From contig JANJGN010000021.1 of the NCBI GenBank assembly GCA_026770705.1, positions 98,518,001 through 98,582,000 on the forward strand: a stretch of DNA of 64,000 bases, read 5' to 3'. This stretch comes from Isurus oxyrinchus (taxonomy: Eukaryota). This document shows, one piece after another, positions 23,172 to 38,100 of this stretch (the first letter of the stretch is position 1; the number at the start of each line of letters is the position of its first letter). A program made the position numbers and the translations under genes. The notes under the pieces were generated by a model, which worked only from the letters and a program-made list of their open reading frames with translations, searched no databases and was not told where the DNA came from.

Positions 23172-26100
23172 CTGACACATAACGGTGTTATTAAAATGAT
23201 ATTGATAAATAATAATTTACTACCAATTCTGTACTTCATTAAGCCACAAACTAGTACTGTCCATGTCTGATATTCGAGAAATAATATTTTACATTTATGT
23301 GCAACCTTTCATGAACACAAGATTAGTTTGAGATTGGTGTAGGACTATGGGGGGAAGAGTGGGACAATGGACCAGTTTGAGATTGATACAGGGCTATGAG
23401 GTCAGAGGAGGACAATAGGATTAGTTTGGGATCAATACAGGGCCACGGGGAGAGAACAGGACTGTGGGATTAGTCTGGGATTGCTACAGGGCTATGCAAA
23501 GTGAGTGGGAGAGCAGAATTATTTTGCAATTGATATAGGGCTATGTGAAGATAGTGAGACAGTGGGATCAGTTTGGGATTGAGAAAGGGATATGGGGGGA
23601 GAGTGGGGCAATGGGGTTAATTTGGGATTACTCTAGCAAACAGCACAATCACAAAGGGCCAAATGTCTGTTCCATAGACTTGATCACTCGTTCAATCAAA
23701 TATTGTTTTTGCAGTATACATCCTACTCACATCCCAGCTCAACAGTCCTGTTCTCCTCCTGTTGTGGGCCAAGTGAAACAGCTTAATCCAGTCTACATTG
23801 TAGCAGCAAAGAATATTGTAAAAACATAAGAAACAGGAGCAGAAGTAGGTGATATGGTCTCTCAAGCCTGACCCATCATTCAATAAAATCATTGCTGAAC
23901 CTCTACATCAATCCTCTTTTGCATCTTACTCTAGACATAATGTGACTGGAGTCCACAGGGATCAGTGTTGTGGCCTCAACTATTCACTATTTATTTAAAA
24001 CAGAGTTGATGGGATGGAAAGCTGTATATCCAAATTTGCTGAGGAGACAAAGAAATTAGTTAGCAGTGTAGATGGAAACTTAGAACCCACAAGAGTTACT
24101 GATAGATTAAGTGAACGGACAAAACTATGGCAAATGCATTTCAATGTAGGTCATTCACTTATGATCTAAAAAGGATAGAACAGCCTATTTTCTAAATGGG
24201 GAAAGGGTAAAACAGCAGCAGTCCAAAAAGTACTTGGGAGTCCAGGTACACAGGTCATTAAAATGTCCTGAATAGGTTCAGAAAATAATCAAAGTGGGTT
24301 CATCAAGCCATTGTTTCCAGGACTGTCACTGACCTCATCTCCTCTGGGGATCTTCCTCCCACAGCTTCCAACCTGATAGTCGCCCAAACTCAAATGGCCT
24401 GCTTCTACCTCCTACCCAAAATCCACAAACAGAACTGTCCCGGTAGACCGATCATGTCAGTTTGCTCCTGCCCCACAGAACTCATTTCTCGTTATCTTGA
24501 CTCCCTTCTCTCTCCCCTTGTCCAGTCCCTCCCCACCTACATCCGTGATTCCTCTGACACCTTACGTCACATCAACAATTTCCACTTCCCTGGCCCAGAC
24601 CGCTTCCTCTTCACCACGGACATCCAATCCCTCTACACCTCCATTCCCCACCAGGATGGTCTGAGGGCCCTTAGCTTCTTCCTTGAACAGAGGCCTGAAC
24701 AATCCCTATCCACCACTACTCTCCTCCGTCTGGCTGAACTTGTTCTCACACTGACCAATTTTTCCTTCAACTCCTCTCACTTCCTCCAAATAAAAGGTGT
24801 GACTATGGGTACCCGCATGTGCCCCAGCTATGCCTGTCTCTTTATGATGTTTGTGGAACATTCCTTGTTCCAGTCCTACTCCGGCCCCCTACCAAAACTC
24901 TTTCTCCGGTACATCGATGATTACTTCGGTGCGGCTTCATGCTCTCATCGGGACTTGGAAAAATTTATTAATTTTGCTTCCAATCTCCACCCCTCCATCA
25001 TTTTCACATGGTCCATCTCTGACACTTCCCTTCCCTTCCTTGACCTCTCTGTCTCAATCTCTGGTGATAGACTGTCCACCAATATCCATTACAAACCTAC
25101 CGACTCCCACAGCTACCTCGACGACAGCTCCTCACACCTCGCTTCCTGTAAGGACTCCATCCCATTCTCTCAGTTCCTTCGCCTCCGTCGCATCTGTTCT
25201 GATGATGCTACCTTCAAAAACAGTTCCTCTGACATGTCCTCCTTCTTCTTTAACCGAGGTTTTCCACCCACGGTCGTTTGACAGGGCCCTCAACCGTGTC
25301 CGGCCCATCTCCCGTGCATCCGCCCTCATGCCTTCTCCTCCCTCCCAGAAACATTATAGGGTCCCCCTTGTCCTCACTTATCACCCCACCAGCCTCCGCA
25401 TTCAAAGGATCATCCTCTGCCATTTCCGCCAACTCCAGCATGATGCCACCACCAAACACATCTTCCCTTCACCCCCGGCCCCGGCGGCATTCCATCGGGA
25501 TCGTTCCCTCCGGGACACCTTGGTCCACTCCTCCATCACCCTCTACTCCTCAACCCCTACCTATGGCAGCTCCCCATGCCCATGCAAAAGATGTAACACC
25601 TGCCCCTTCACTTACTCTCTCCTCACCGTCCAAGGGCCCAAACACTCCTTTCATGTGAAGCAGCAGTTCACTTGCATTTCCCCCAACTTAGTCTACTGTA
25701 TTCGTTGCTCCCAATGTGGTCTCCTCTACATGGGAGAGACCAAACGTAAACTGAGCGACCGCTTTGCAGAACACCTGCGGTCTGTCTGCAAGAATGACCC
25801 AAACCTCCCTGTCGCTTGCCATTTTAACACTCCACCCTGTTCTCTTGCCCACATGTCTGTCCTTGGCTTGCTGCATTGTTACAGTGAAGCCCAACACAAA
25901 CTGGAGGAATAGCACCTTATCTTCCGACTAGGCACTTTACAGCCCTCTGTACTGAATATTGAATTCAACAACTTTAGATCTTGACCTCCCTCCTCCATCC
26001 CCACCCCCTTTCTGTTTCTTCCCCCTTCCTTTTGTTTTTTCCAATAATTTATATAGATTTTTCTTTTCCCACCTATTTCCATTATTTTTAAATATTTTTA

Positions 26101-29100
26101 AATCTTTTATGCTCCCCCCACCCCCACTAGAGCTGTACCTTGAGTGCCCTACCATCCATTCTTAATTAGCACATTCGTTTAGATAATATCACCAACTTCA
26201 ACACCTATGTGTTCTTTTGTTCTTTTGTCTGTGACATCTTTTGATGATCTGCTTCTATCACTGCTTGCTTGTCCCTACAACCACACCACCCCCCTCCACT
26301 TCTCTCCCCCCACCCAACCCCACCACCGCCCTGACTTTAAACCAGCTTATATTTCAACCATCTCCTTGGATTCACCTAGTTCTGTTGAAGGGTCATGAGG
26401 ACTCGAAACGTCAACTCTTTTCTTCTCCGCCAATGCTGCCATACCAGCTGAGTTTTTCCAGGTAATTCTGTTTTTGTTTTGGGTTAATGGAATGCTGGCA
26501 CTTATATCTAGAGGGCTATAATACAAGAAAGTAGAAGTCTTACTTCAGCTGTACAAAGCCCCAATTGAGGCCACATCTGGAGTGCTGAGAGCAGATGTGG
26601 GTGCCACATCATTGGAAGGGTATGTTGGCCTTGGAGTGCACGTAGCATGGATTCACCTTCTACAAGAAGAGCTTGACAAAAAAAGTGTAGCTACGAGGAG
26701 AGGTTGGATAGGTTGGGGTTATTTTCCTTAGAACAAAGAAGGCTGAGAGGTGACTTGATTGAGGTGTACAAAATTATGAGGGGAATAGATAGAGTGAACA
26801 GGATAAAATTGTTTCCCTTGGTGGAGAATTCTAGAACCAGGGGACATAGATTCAAGATAAGTGGCAGGAGGTGTAGGGGGGACATGAGGAAGAACTTTTT
26901 TATGCAGAGGGCAGTGGGTGTCTGGAATTCGCTGCCCAAGTTGGTGGTAGAGGCAGAAACTCTAAACTCTTTTAAAAAGTTCCTCATATGTTAAGCCTTT
27001 CATTCCTGGGATCGTTCTCGTGAGCCTCCTCTGGACCCTCTCCAGGGCCAGAATATCCTTCCTGAGATACAGGGCCCAAAATTGCTCACAATATTCTAAA
27101 TGTGGTCTGACCAGAGCCGTATAAAAGTACCTTAAGTGCTGTAAGGTGCAGGGATATGGGCTGGGTGTAGGAAGGTGGGATTAGAAAGGGTGCCTGGGTG
27201 TCCTTGGGCGAGCATGGACAAGATGGGCCGAATGACCTCCTTCTGTGCTGTAACTTTTCTATGGTTTTATGGTTTGGAAGTCTCTTCTGCAAAAGGTGGT
27301 TGATGCTACATCGATGGTTAATTTTTAAAAAATTACATTGATAGATTTTTGTTCACCATATTTATAAGGGATTTGGGACAAAGGAGGGTAACTGGAGTTG
27401 AGTCATGGCTCAATCACTGGATGGTGAAACAGGCTGGTGAGGCCTATATCCCTCATTGTTTAGGGATGCCTCAATCCTCTGACTACCAACACTTAGCAGT
27501 CTCTCTCCTTTTAAAAAATAAACAGGCAAGACCAGCTAACCTAACCCTGGGGCTTCTTGCTCTGAATGAGCAAACCAAGTGATAAGACCATAAGACATAG
27601 GAGCAGAAATTAGGCCCTTCGGCCCATCGAGTCTGCTCCACCATTCAATCATGGCTGATAAGTTTCTCAACCCCATTCTCCTGCCTTCTCCCCATAACCT
27701 TTGATCCCCTTACCAATCAAGAACATATCTATCTCGGTCTTAAATACACACAATGACCCGGCCTCCACAGCCTTCTGCGGCAATGAATTCCATAGATTCA
27801 CCACTCTCTGGTTAAAGAAGTTTCTCCTTATCTCTGTTCTAAAAGGTCTTCCCTTTACTCTGAGGCTGTGCCCTCGGGTCCTAGTCTCTCCTACTAATGG
27901 AAACATCTTCCCCATGTCCACTCTGTCCAGGCCTTTCAATATTCTGTAAGTTTCAATCAGATCCCCCTTCATCCTTCTAAACTCCATCGAGTATAGACCC
28001 AGAGTCCTCAAACCTTCCTCATATGTTAAGCCTTTCATTCCTGGGATCATTCTCGTGAACCTCCTCTGGACCCTCTCCAGAGCCAGAACATCCTTCCTGA
28101 GATACGGGGCCAAAAATTGCTCACAATATTCTAAATGTGGTCTGACCAGAGCCTTATAAAGCCTCAGCAGCACATCTCTGCTTTTAAATTCTAGTCCTCT
28201 CAAAATAAATGCCAACATTGCATTTGCCTTCCTAACTACTGACTCAACCTGCAAGTTAACCTTAAGAGAATCCTGGACTAGAACTCCCAAATCCCTTTAC
28301 ACTCCAGATTTCTGAATTCTCTCCCCATTTAGAAAATAGTCTATGTCTCTATTCTTCCTACCAAAGTGCATGACCTCACACTTCCCCACATTGTATTCCA
28401 TCTGCCACTTCTTTGCCCGTTCTGCTAAACAGTCCAAATCCTTCTGCAGCCTCCCCGCCTCCTCAATACTACCTGTCCCTCCACCTATCTTTGTATCATC
28501 TGAAAACTTAGCCAGGATGCCCTCAGTTCCTTCATCTAGATCATTAATGTATAAAGTGAAAAGTTGTGGTCCCAACACTGACCCCTGTGGAACTCCACTA
28601 GTCACCGGCCACCATCCTGAGAAGGACCCCCTTATCCCCACTCTCTGCCTCCTGACAGACAGCCAATCTTCTATCCATGCTAGTATCTTGCCTCTAACAC
28701 CATGGGCTCTTATCTTACTGAGCAGCCTCCTGTGCGGCACCTTGTCAATGGCCTTCTGGAAGTCTAAGTAGATAACATCCATTGGCTCTCCTTTGTCTAA
28801 CCTACTCGTTACCTCCTCAAAGAATTCTAACAGATTTGTCAGGCATGACCTCCCCTTGATGAAACCATGCTGACTTTGCCCTATTTTACCATGCACTTCC
28901 AAGTATTCTGAAATCTCATCCTTAATAATGGACTCTAAAATCTTACCAATGACCAAGGTCAGGCTAATCGGCCTGTAATTTCCCGTCTTTTGCCACACTC
29001 CCTTCTTAAACAGGGGGGTTACATTAGCAATTTTCCAGTCCTCTGGGACCCTCCCTGACTCCAGTGATTCCTGAAAGATCATCACTAACACCTCCACTAT

Positions 29101-32100
29101 CTCTTCAGCTATCTCCTTCAGAGCTCTGGGGTGTAAACCATCTGGTCCAGGTGATTTATCCACCTTCAGACCTTTCAGTTTTTCTATCACCTTTTCCTTG
29201 TTAATGGCCACCATACTCACCTCTGCCCCCCGACTCTCTTGAACTTTGGGGATGTTACTTGTGTCTTCCACTGTGAAGACTGAAGCAAAGTACCTATTCA
29301 GTTCTTCCACCATTTCTTTGTTCCCCACTACTACTTCTCCAGCGTCATTTTTCAGTGGCCCAATATCTACTTTTGCCTCTCTCTTACCCTTTATATTTCT
29401 AAAAAACTCTTGCAATCTTTTTTTATATTACTGGCTAGTTTACCCTCACTTTTAATCTTCTCCCTCCTTATTTCTTTTTTAGTTGTCCTCTGTTGGTCTT
29501 TGTAGGCTTCCCAATCCCCTGGCTTCCCACTGCTCTTCGCCACGTTGTATGCTTCCTCTTTCGCTTTTATGCTGTCCCTGACTTCCTTTGTCAGCCATGG
29601 TTGCCTCGTCCTCCCTTTAGTATGCTTCTTCTTCCTTGGGATGAATTTTTGCCGAGTCTCCAAAATTACTCCCAGAAACTCATGCCACTGCTGTTCCACT
29701 GACTTTCCTGCTAGGCTCATCTCCCAGGAAATTCTGGCCAGCTCCTCCCTCACGCCTCTGTAGTTGCCTTTATTCAACTGTAATACCATTACATCTGATT
29801 CCAGCTTTTTCCTCTCAAATTGCAGGGTAAATTCTATCATATTATTGTCACTTCCCCCTAAGGGTTCCTTCACCTTAATCTCCCTTATAATACCTGCCTC
29901 ATTAAACATCACTAAATCTAGAATTGCCTGTTCCCTAGTGGGCTCCACCACAAGCTGCTCCAAAAAGCCATCTCGTAGACATTCCGCAAATTCCTTTTCT
30001 TGGGATCCACTACCAACCTGATTTTCCCAGTTTACCTGCATATTGAAATCCCCCATGATCACTGTAATCTTGCCTTTCTTACATGCCCTTTCTATCTCCT
30101 GGTGTATCTTGTGCCCCATATCCTGACTACTGTTCGGAGGCCTGTACATAACTCCCATTATGGTTTTGCGGTTCCTCAACTCTACCCACACAGATTCTAC
30201 ATCATCTGACCCTACGTCATTTCTTGCTATCGATTTAATTTCATTTCTTACTAACAAAGCAACCCCACTCCCTCTGCCAACCTGCCTATCTTTTCGATAG
30301 GATGTATATCCTTGGATATTTAGCTCCCAGTCCTGATCCCCTTGTAGCCCTGTCTCCGTGATGCCCACCACATCATACCTGCCAATTTCAATCTGCGCCA
30401 CAAGCTCATTTACCTTATTTCATATACTGCGTGCATTCAGATACAACACCTTCAGTCCTGTATTTCCCGTCCCCTTTCTCATTGTCATCCTGTTATCTGA
30501 TGTGCTTGAAGTTAGATTCCTAGCCCTTTCCAAACACTCTGTCCTATTTTCTACCAGGGCTGGTGGAAGGACCCTGCCACCATGTAACTAGTCACTTACC
30601 CCAGGGCACGTCAAGGCCCTGCAGGAGGCTGGCATGCTCGACATGACAGGAATATCTCTCCCCATCATCTCCACTTAGCTCAATCGTTTTCATCACCCGG
30701 TATGTCTCATCCTGGTTGGGCAGCGTGCCACTGGTTTCACTGTCGGAGACCTCCTCGCCATTCCTCAGCCATGTCACATCGATGGGCCATGGATAAAAGC
30801 CCGTCACAAGGCAGGAGAGCCTCAGCCCTCGCTCAGCCTTGGTCTTATTCCCAATGAACACCTCCGGGGTGGCTGCCAGAGTGAAACAAAGACTAAAATC
30901 ACTGATCTTATAGTTCTGATGAGAGATCATCAACCTTAACCATTAACCCCCTTTCTCTCTCCACAGGTGCTGCCAAGAATTACCTGCCTTTTCTAGTTCT
31001 TTCAGATCTCCAGCACCTGTCGGATTTTGCCTTTCTATTCATGACAAATTCTCTTTTCATTCCTTTATCGTTTCCCTGTCCATCAACCTTCTCAGCTGAA
31101 GGCAGGTGACTGGTGCTGTGACATACAACATAAGGAAAGAAAAGCTGAGGGGGTGACCGACTAGATGTTTTTAAAATTATGAAGGGGTTCAGTATGGAGA
31201 TGTAGAGAAGATGGGGGAGTGGGTGGTGGTGGTGGGGTTACAGTGGTTGGTGGGGATGTTGGCATTGTGGTAGCTTCACTGGACTAATAATCTAGAAGCC
31301 CAGGCTAACGCTCTGGGAACATGGGTTCAAATCCCATCACAGCAGCTGGTGGAATTTAAATTCAATGAATAAAATCTGGAATTATGAAGCATATGAAAAA
31401 TTGCTGGTCTTGCCAGCAATGTCCAAATCCTATGAAAGAATAAAGAAAAATGTTGTTTCCACTTGGGCAGATGACAAAGACCATAAATATACAATAGTCA
31501 TGAATAAATACTTCAGGAGAAACTTCCTTACCCAGAGAGTGGTGAGAATATGACATTTGCACCTAGAGTGGTTGAGGTGAATAGTAGAGCTACATTGTAC
31601 TAGCTGAATACATGAGGGAGAAAGGAATAGAAGGACCTACTGATAGGGTGAGATGAAGTCAGCTGGGAAACAGCTTGTGTGGAACATAAATGCCTGCATA
31701 GACCAGTTGGGCCAAATGGCCTCTTTCTGCGCTTTGAATTCTCTAAAATTCGACACAAAGCCACACTTTTGCATGGCACACAGGTACCCATTATTACACA
31801 ATGAGACCCAGGAAGCCATTCAACAAGTGAGGTATTATAGCTTAGGCCAATCCTATCCCATCCTGACATGGTTACTAGGTAAAAAAATTGAATTTAGCTC
31901 AGCTGCCGAAATCCTACCCCCTCCCCACCTCACACCCTACAGCAGGCACTGCTGTGTATTGCGGCCAGTTGCAGCACCAACTCACTTGTACCCTGTCCAG
32001 GAACAGCTAAGGAGAGACCCGGGTATAAAATTTAGTCTGTACCACTTGGGGGTGCTCCCTCTGGTCACCATTCCCATGACGTACCTCTCCTCTGCAAAAC

Positions 32101-35100
32101 CCCTTGCCCATACTCGAGATAAATCAGCAGCCATTTCACACAGTCCTTTTCCAACAGAGCCTTGAAGTACTTGTTCATGAAGGAGTTGGCATTCCATCGG
32201 GCTGCTAACCTCTGGAACTCTGGATTTAGCGGATTCCAACTTCTTCTGTCCTTGTCAAAAACAAATGCATCCTCTCCATCGTATCCCAGCTTTATAAAGC
32301 CATCCGTGGAATTATCGCTGGATATTTTGCAGCCACATGTTCCCTGGACAAAGAAAATACCTGGAAAGTGCATTAGTATTCAAATCAATCCACAACGTGA
32401 AAAGGGTTCAGTCAGGTAGTTTGCATTTATACAGCAAATTTAACAGCATAAAATGTTCCAAGGCGTTGCACAGCGGCATCATTGAACACGATTTGACCTT
32501 GGGCCACATGAAAGTATATCAGGGCAGGCGATCGAGAGCTTTTATAAAGGGGTCAGTTTTCAGTAACACCTCAAAGAGAGAAAGAGAGGTGGAGAGCTTA
32601 ATGGAAGGAATTCCACAGAAACAATTTCCCCTAACTGGGGGGGAATCAAGGACAATCAGGATTGAAATGTCCTCAGGGCTCTGCCCTGCAGTGAAAAGAG
32701 ATGGTGGCTCCTGTTGAATGATTCCTTGAGCAGACTGTCAAAGTTATTTGGAAGAATACCTCATCGCCAGGACTTTCAAACAAGCCGCAAGGCGTAGCTT
32801 GACGAGAAAGATCCTCCTTGATCAGATCCTCTCTGCAAGTCCGGAGTCACACCCTCTCTGCAGACTGCTCTTGAGGTGGCTGTGTTGGGGAAGAGACCAT
32901 CACCCACCTCCCTCTGCATTATGCCTTTTTGCTAAGCAGGTCTGGAATAAGATGCAGCAGCTTTTGTCGAGATCCATCCAGAGCAGCTTCATAATGTAGG
33001 GCCCTGTGCTCTGCGGGCTGTTCCCAGGGACACATCCAGAGATAAACGTCATCTGCTGCTGGAGGACCATGAACTCAGGTGAACAGCACGCTCTGTCCTG
33101 CCTGAAACTTGTTGGTCTTCCAGTGCCAAGAGCTGTCAATGATCCAGTGTTGCAGACTGGCACATCCCAAAGTCCAGGACTGCGTGCCCATGGACGCAGT
33201 AACATTTGGAACAGCCATTGCAGAGACTCAATGGGGAAAGCCCACTGTCTAAGGCCCTCCTGCCATTGTAAACTCAGAGGCTGGAAACCGTGTAAAACCC
33301 TTTGGGCCACATGTTTGACATATAAATGTACATTATAAGTATAACCTGTAATTATAAGTGTAGTGAGGCACCTCAGATTGCCACTGCATTGAATGAAACT
33401 GATCCATTTTGCATGTTATATGATGTCAAATTTGAAATGTTTTGTTAATGTACTTCTTTAAATGTTAGAAATAAAGTTTAATTTGGGGGGAAAAAAACCA
33501 AGGACAATCGCATCATCTTAAAATTAGAGCCAGCACATCTGGGAGCGAAATCAGGAAGCACTTTTCCACAGAAAGGGTGAAATAAGATGGAACACTTTCT
33601 GTCTCTGTCCCTCTCTCTCCCTCTAAAAGTCCATGGATGTTGGGGGACAATTGGAACATAAAAGGCGGAAATCAAAAGATTTTCTACTTCTCTTTAGCTC
33701 TGAAGAAGAGCCATACAGACTCGAAACTTTAACTCTGTTTCCCTCTCCGCAGATGCTGCCAGACCTGCTGAGTTTTTCAAGCATTTTTCATTTTTATTTC
33801 AGCATCCGCAGTATTTTGCTTTCATCAAAAGATTTTTGTTGGGTAAGGATATCAAACGATAAGCGAAGTCAGGTCGATGGGTCAAAATGCAAATCAGTTG
33901 TTAACTAACTGAATGATGGAGTAGACTTGAGGGACTGAGAAATATTATCCAGTTCCTACATTCCTAGTTACGTTCAACTGAGACTCCATCCACCTGGCTC
34001 ATCACCACTGTCTCATCATTTTATAAAGGGCAATAAGTACTGGCCTTGCCAGCGATGCCCATATCTCAAGAAATTTTTTTTTTAGAAGTCCCGCTGTGCA
34101 GAACTTTTAACTTAGTAGAAGCTTACATAGTATTTACAACAGAGAAAGAAGCCATTTGGCCCAAGCAGTCCATGGGTTAGAAGACAAGAGGACCATCTTG
34201 TGACAAGGAATCACTGATCTCGGGAACAATTTGTCAGGATATGCAGTGAGTGTGGACTGGAGTGTTTGAAAGGAAGCTGGATGATATCTCGAGTTATCAA
34301 GGGTTTGTGAAGTTAACAGGGACCAGTCTAGTCTTCTGCACCTTCCTCAATTCACCAGAGGAAGTTTTCAGAGATATTGTTTTCCTATATTGCCCAACGT
34401 TTAGTTCATATTTTTTGCCTGTCCAATCAGATTCCATAACTCTGACAGTGAGCTAATACTATCACTGTGCCAAAGTAATATGTTGGGCTGACGGTACTGA
34501 AGGAGGGCTGCACTGTCAGAGGGTCAGTGCTGAGGGAATGCTGCACTGTCAGAGGGTCAGTACTGAGGGAGTGTTGCACGGTCGGAGGATCAATACTGAA
34601 GGAGTGCTGCACTGTCACAGGGTCAGTACAGAGGGAGTGCTGCACTGTCACAGGGTCAGTACTGAAGGAGTGCTGCACTGTCACAGGGTCAGTACTGAGG
34701 GAATGCTGCACTGTCACAGGGTCAGTACTGAAGGATTGCTGCACTGTCAGAGGGTTGCCAAGTTATTCCAGAAAGTGACAATGAACAGCTAATTTCAAGT
34801 CATTTATTGGGCGTGAAGTGGTTCATAAATTTCTAAGGCTCTGTATCAATACAAACCTTTTCCTCCAGTCATGGTCACTGCACTGTCACTGTGAGGACAC
34901 CTACCTGAAGCTCCACGGCGCTGCCGGTAAAATATCTCGATGTTTCCTCTGACGAGACCGTGGAATCCTGCCATTGTGATAGTCATGGCAGCCCAGTGAT
35001 CCCTCTGGAAGGACTCAGCCATCCATCGCTGTCTGGGTACAATCTGCTGCAGAGTGCTGTCGAAGTAGGCTATCTGACAGTTGTCCAGCATCGCCACCAA

Positions 35101-38100
35101 ACTGTACTCAGGCAGCTCAGCCTGGCCAAAATTCAATAAGTAGTAGAACGCGAGGATGTGAAAATCTGCAGGGTCACAAACAGGAACCTGACTCAAAATT
35201 GTCATCGATTGCAAACTAACTGAAATTGAGAATGGCACATGTTAATACTAAACTAGAGCACAAGACATAGGAGCAGGAATAGACCACAAGGCCCCTCGAG
35301 CCTGCTCTGCCATTCAATAAGGTCATGGCTAACCTTCTAGCTCAACTCCATTATCCTGCCCAATCCCCATATTGCTCGATCCCCTTACTGCTCTAGAATC
35401 TATCAAGTTCATTCCCAAATATATCTGTTATAGAACTGCCTTGTCACCAGTTTGTTACAGAGTTGCTCTTTAGACAGACTTCGCTAATGGAAATATTTGG
35501 TTTATTTACAAGACAGCCAGCAGCAACTACATGTGTGCTTTCAACTCCATAACTTCATCTCTACTGTCTGTGGAGGTAACCCACACTGTTAACACATTGG
35601 TTTACAGAGGTCATGCAATCTTACATCACAGGATATTCTTAAAGCTGCAGTCCAACATTTCCCAAAACTATAATTACTACAATATCCATGAATAGGCATC
35701 CACAACTTTCTGGGATAGAGAATTCCAAAGATCACAGTTACAATATTGTGTCCAAGTTTGGATCCTGTCAAGATCAGGGAGTGGTTGTGGAAGAGATTTG
35801 CCCAGGTCATTCCCTTGGTCTGAGAGGATTGAGCAACGAGGAGAGACTGGGATTCTTTCCACTGAGACAGACAAGGTCAAGAAGATCTTATTGATGTGGC
35901 AAAGCTATTGGTGGGGGCAGTAATGAGAATCAACATTTCTTATTGTTTGATGAGTCAGTAACAATAGGGGCATAAGCTAAACATCATCATTAAAGGAGCA
36001 AAGGGAGCGTTTATTTTCACGGAGAGGAATATTGGAATATGGAAGCCGGGGTTTTCTGCCACCTCTCAAAATGGATGCCAGCAATCCTGACTGGAAAATT
36101 CCTCCCGTGATTCTCCCGCCACAGGTGGGTACACTGGCATTGTCCGATATGCCAATTTATTCAAATTAACAACACAGTAAGATGATTTATTTTTATATTC
36201 ACTCACGGGATATGGGCGTTGCTGGCAAGGTCAGCATTTGTTGCCAATCCCTAATTGCCCTTGAATTGGGTGGCTTGCTAGGCCATTTCAGCAGGCAGTT
36301 AACAGTCAACCACATTGACTGGAGGCACATGTAGGCCAGACCAGGTAAAGATGGCAGCTTTCCTTCCCTAAGAGACATTAGTGAACCAGATGGATTTTTA
36401 CGACACGCGATGATAATTTAATGATCAACTCACCTGAGACTAGCTTTATATTCCACATTTATGAATTGAATTAAAATTCCACCAGCTGCCTTGGTGGGAT
36501 TTGAACCGAGTGTACCCAAAAGCTTTAGCTTGGCCTCTGGATTACTAGGCCAGTGATATTACCACTACACCACCACCTCCCCATATCTCAGGAACGTGTT
36601 GAATTATTGTAAAGTCAGCAGCAAATTATCTCCATAATCAGACACATTGTTCACTTTGGCCTTGACTCATCAGACTATAATAAACCTGTAGTTTGCTCAG
36701 AAAAAAATTCATTCTTTGGCAGAGCGGCAGCTTGGACAGTGCCAAAGTTCATTGTGTTTCTGTGAGGCGAAGGTGGAGCCGGAGGGCAGGGTTAGACTCT
36801 ACACCGACTTCAGTATCTCCCGATTGATGGAGGAGGAGGTTCAGAAAGAATTTACATTTATATAGCGCCTGTCACAACCTCAAGACATCCCAAAAGGCTT
36901 CAAGCCAATGAAGTAGTTTTGAAGTGTAATCACTGGTGTCTTGAAGGAAACTGCATTCATTATGTGAGGTGGTTTGAACCCAGGGCTAAGGCTGTTAAAA
37001 TATGAGGATATGTTGCATTGATTAGTGTATGCTCCATTAAATAGTGAAGAGTAAGGGACTGTGTAATTTAGATGGTTAAAGAATTTGAAATGCTGGATAG
37101 AGGAAAACTGTTAGGGATGGACAATAAATGTGGTTTTGCCAGTGATGCCCACGTCCCATAAACAAATAAAACTAAATTTTAGTGGGGAATTGCAGGACAA
37201 GGGGGCAGTGACATCAGAAAGCACTTCTTCACAAAAAGATGATGGAAATCTGGAACTATCTGTCTCAAAGAGTTATTGAAGTTGGGAGAGTCAGGTGAAT
37301 TTTTTGAAACAGATGGTTGGGATTTTTGTTAGGCAAAGAAGTTAAGGGTAATGGAAGCAAGAAGGATTGATGGAGTGAAGATAGAAGTCAGCCACAATAT
37401 AATTGAATGGTGGAATAGGTTCCAGGAGTTGAATAGCAACCTCCTGTTTCTATGAGATGCTTTGACTGGGTACAGCAGCTTACATCAATATAGATAGACA
37501 CCTCAGAGCACCTAGCAGGAGGGAAAGCCAAGAATAAGGAGCATAAGCAGATTCAAAATTACAGTTCACATAGAAGGATCTACAGCAACTTCTGGAGGGT
37601 GGGAAGATACAAGGCAGACATACTGAGGAAGAGTGCTGTAGAGGACTGGGGCATGAGAGACTGAGACTCAAGAGCTACCAGAACAGAGGCAATGGAGGTG
37701 GAGAATAAGCCAGAGTGGAGCAGCATGTGGCAAATACGACTGGAAGAGATTGCATAGGCAGGAAGGATGGAGGCCACGGAGGGCTTTAAAATGTAGAAAT
37801 GAACTTTAAGATCAGTTCCATGGAGTGAGAGGAGCTGATGGGGTTTGACAAGGGATGGGGAGTGGGGGAGGAGGAAGAATAATCCACCCCAATGCAATAT
37901 CAGGCGTGGCTGTAGCTGAGTGAGATCGGGGCAGATTTCCACCTTCGCCACCTGAATGTTAAGTAGCAACTGGGAGGAGAGCAGGAAGCAAAACGTGGAG
38001 CGGAGGATCACACAAGGGAGAAAAAAAAGCTGCTGCACTTTCCTGTGATTGAGATCCAACCCACCTCCAGAAAATCCCCATACCCAGGCCAGGTCTCCTT

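Noticed and set aside
22751-23182. 143-aa plus-strand Ser/Leu/Cys-rich ORF
   Set aside because: Antisense reading of the MHC TM exon and its 10-nt repeat.
30912-30950. Additional hammerhead motifs (also ~53508-53545)
   Set aside because: GAAA or CUGANGA core is destroyed; treated as decayed Penelope tails only.
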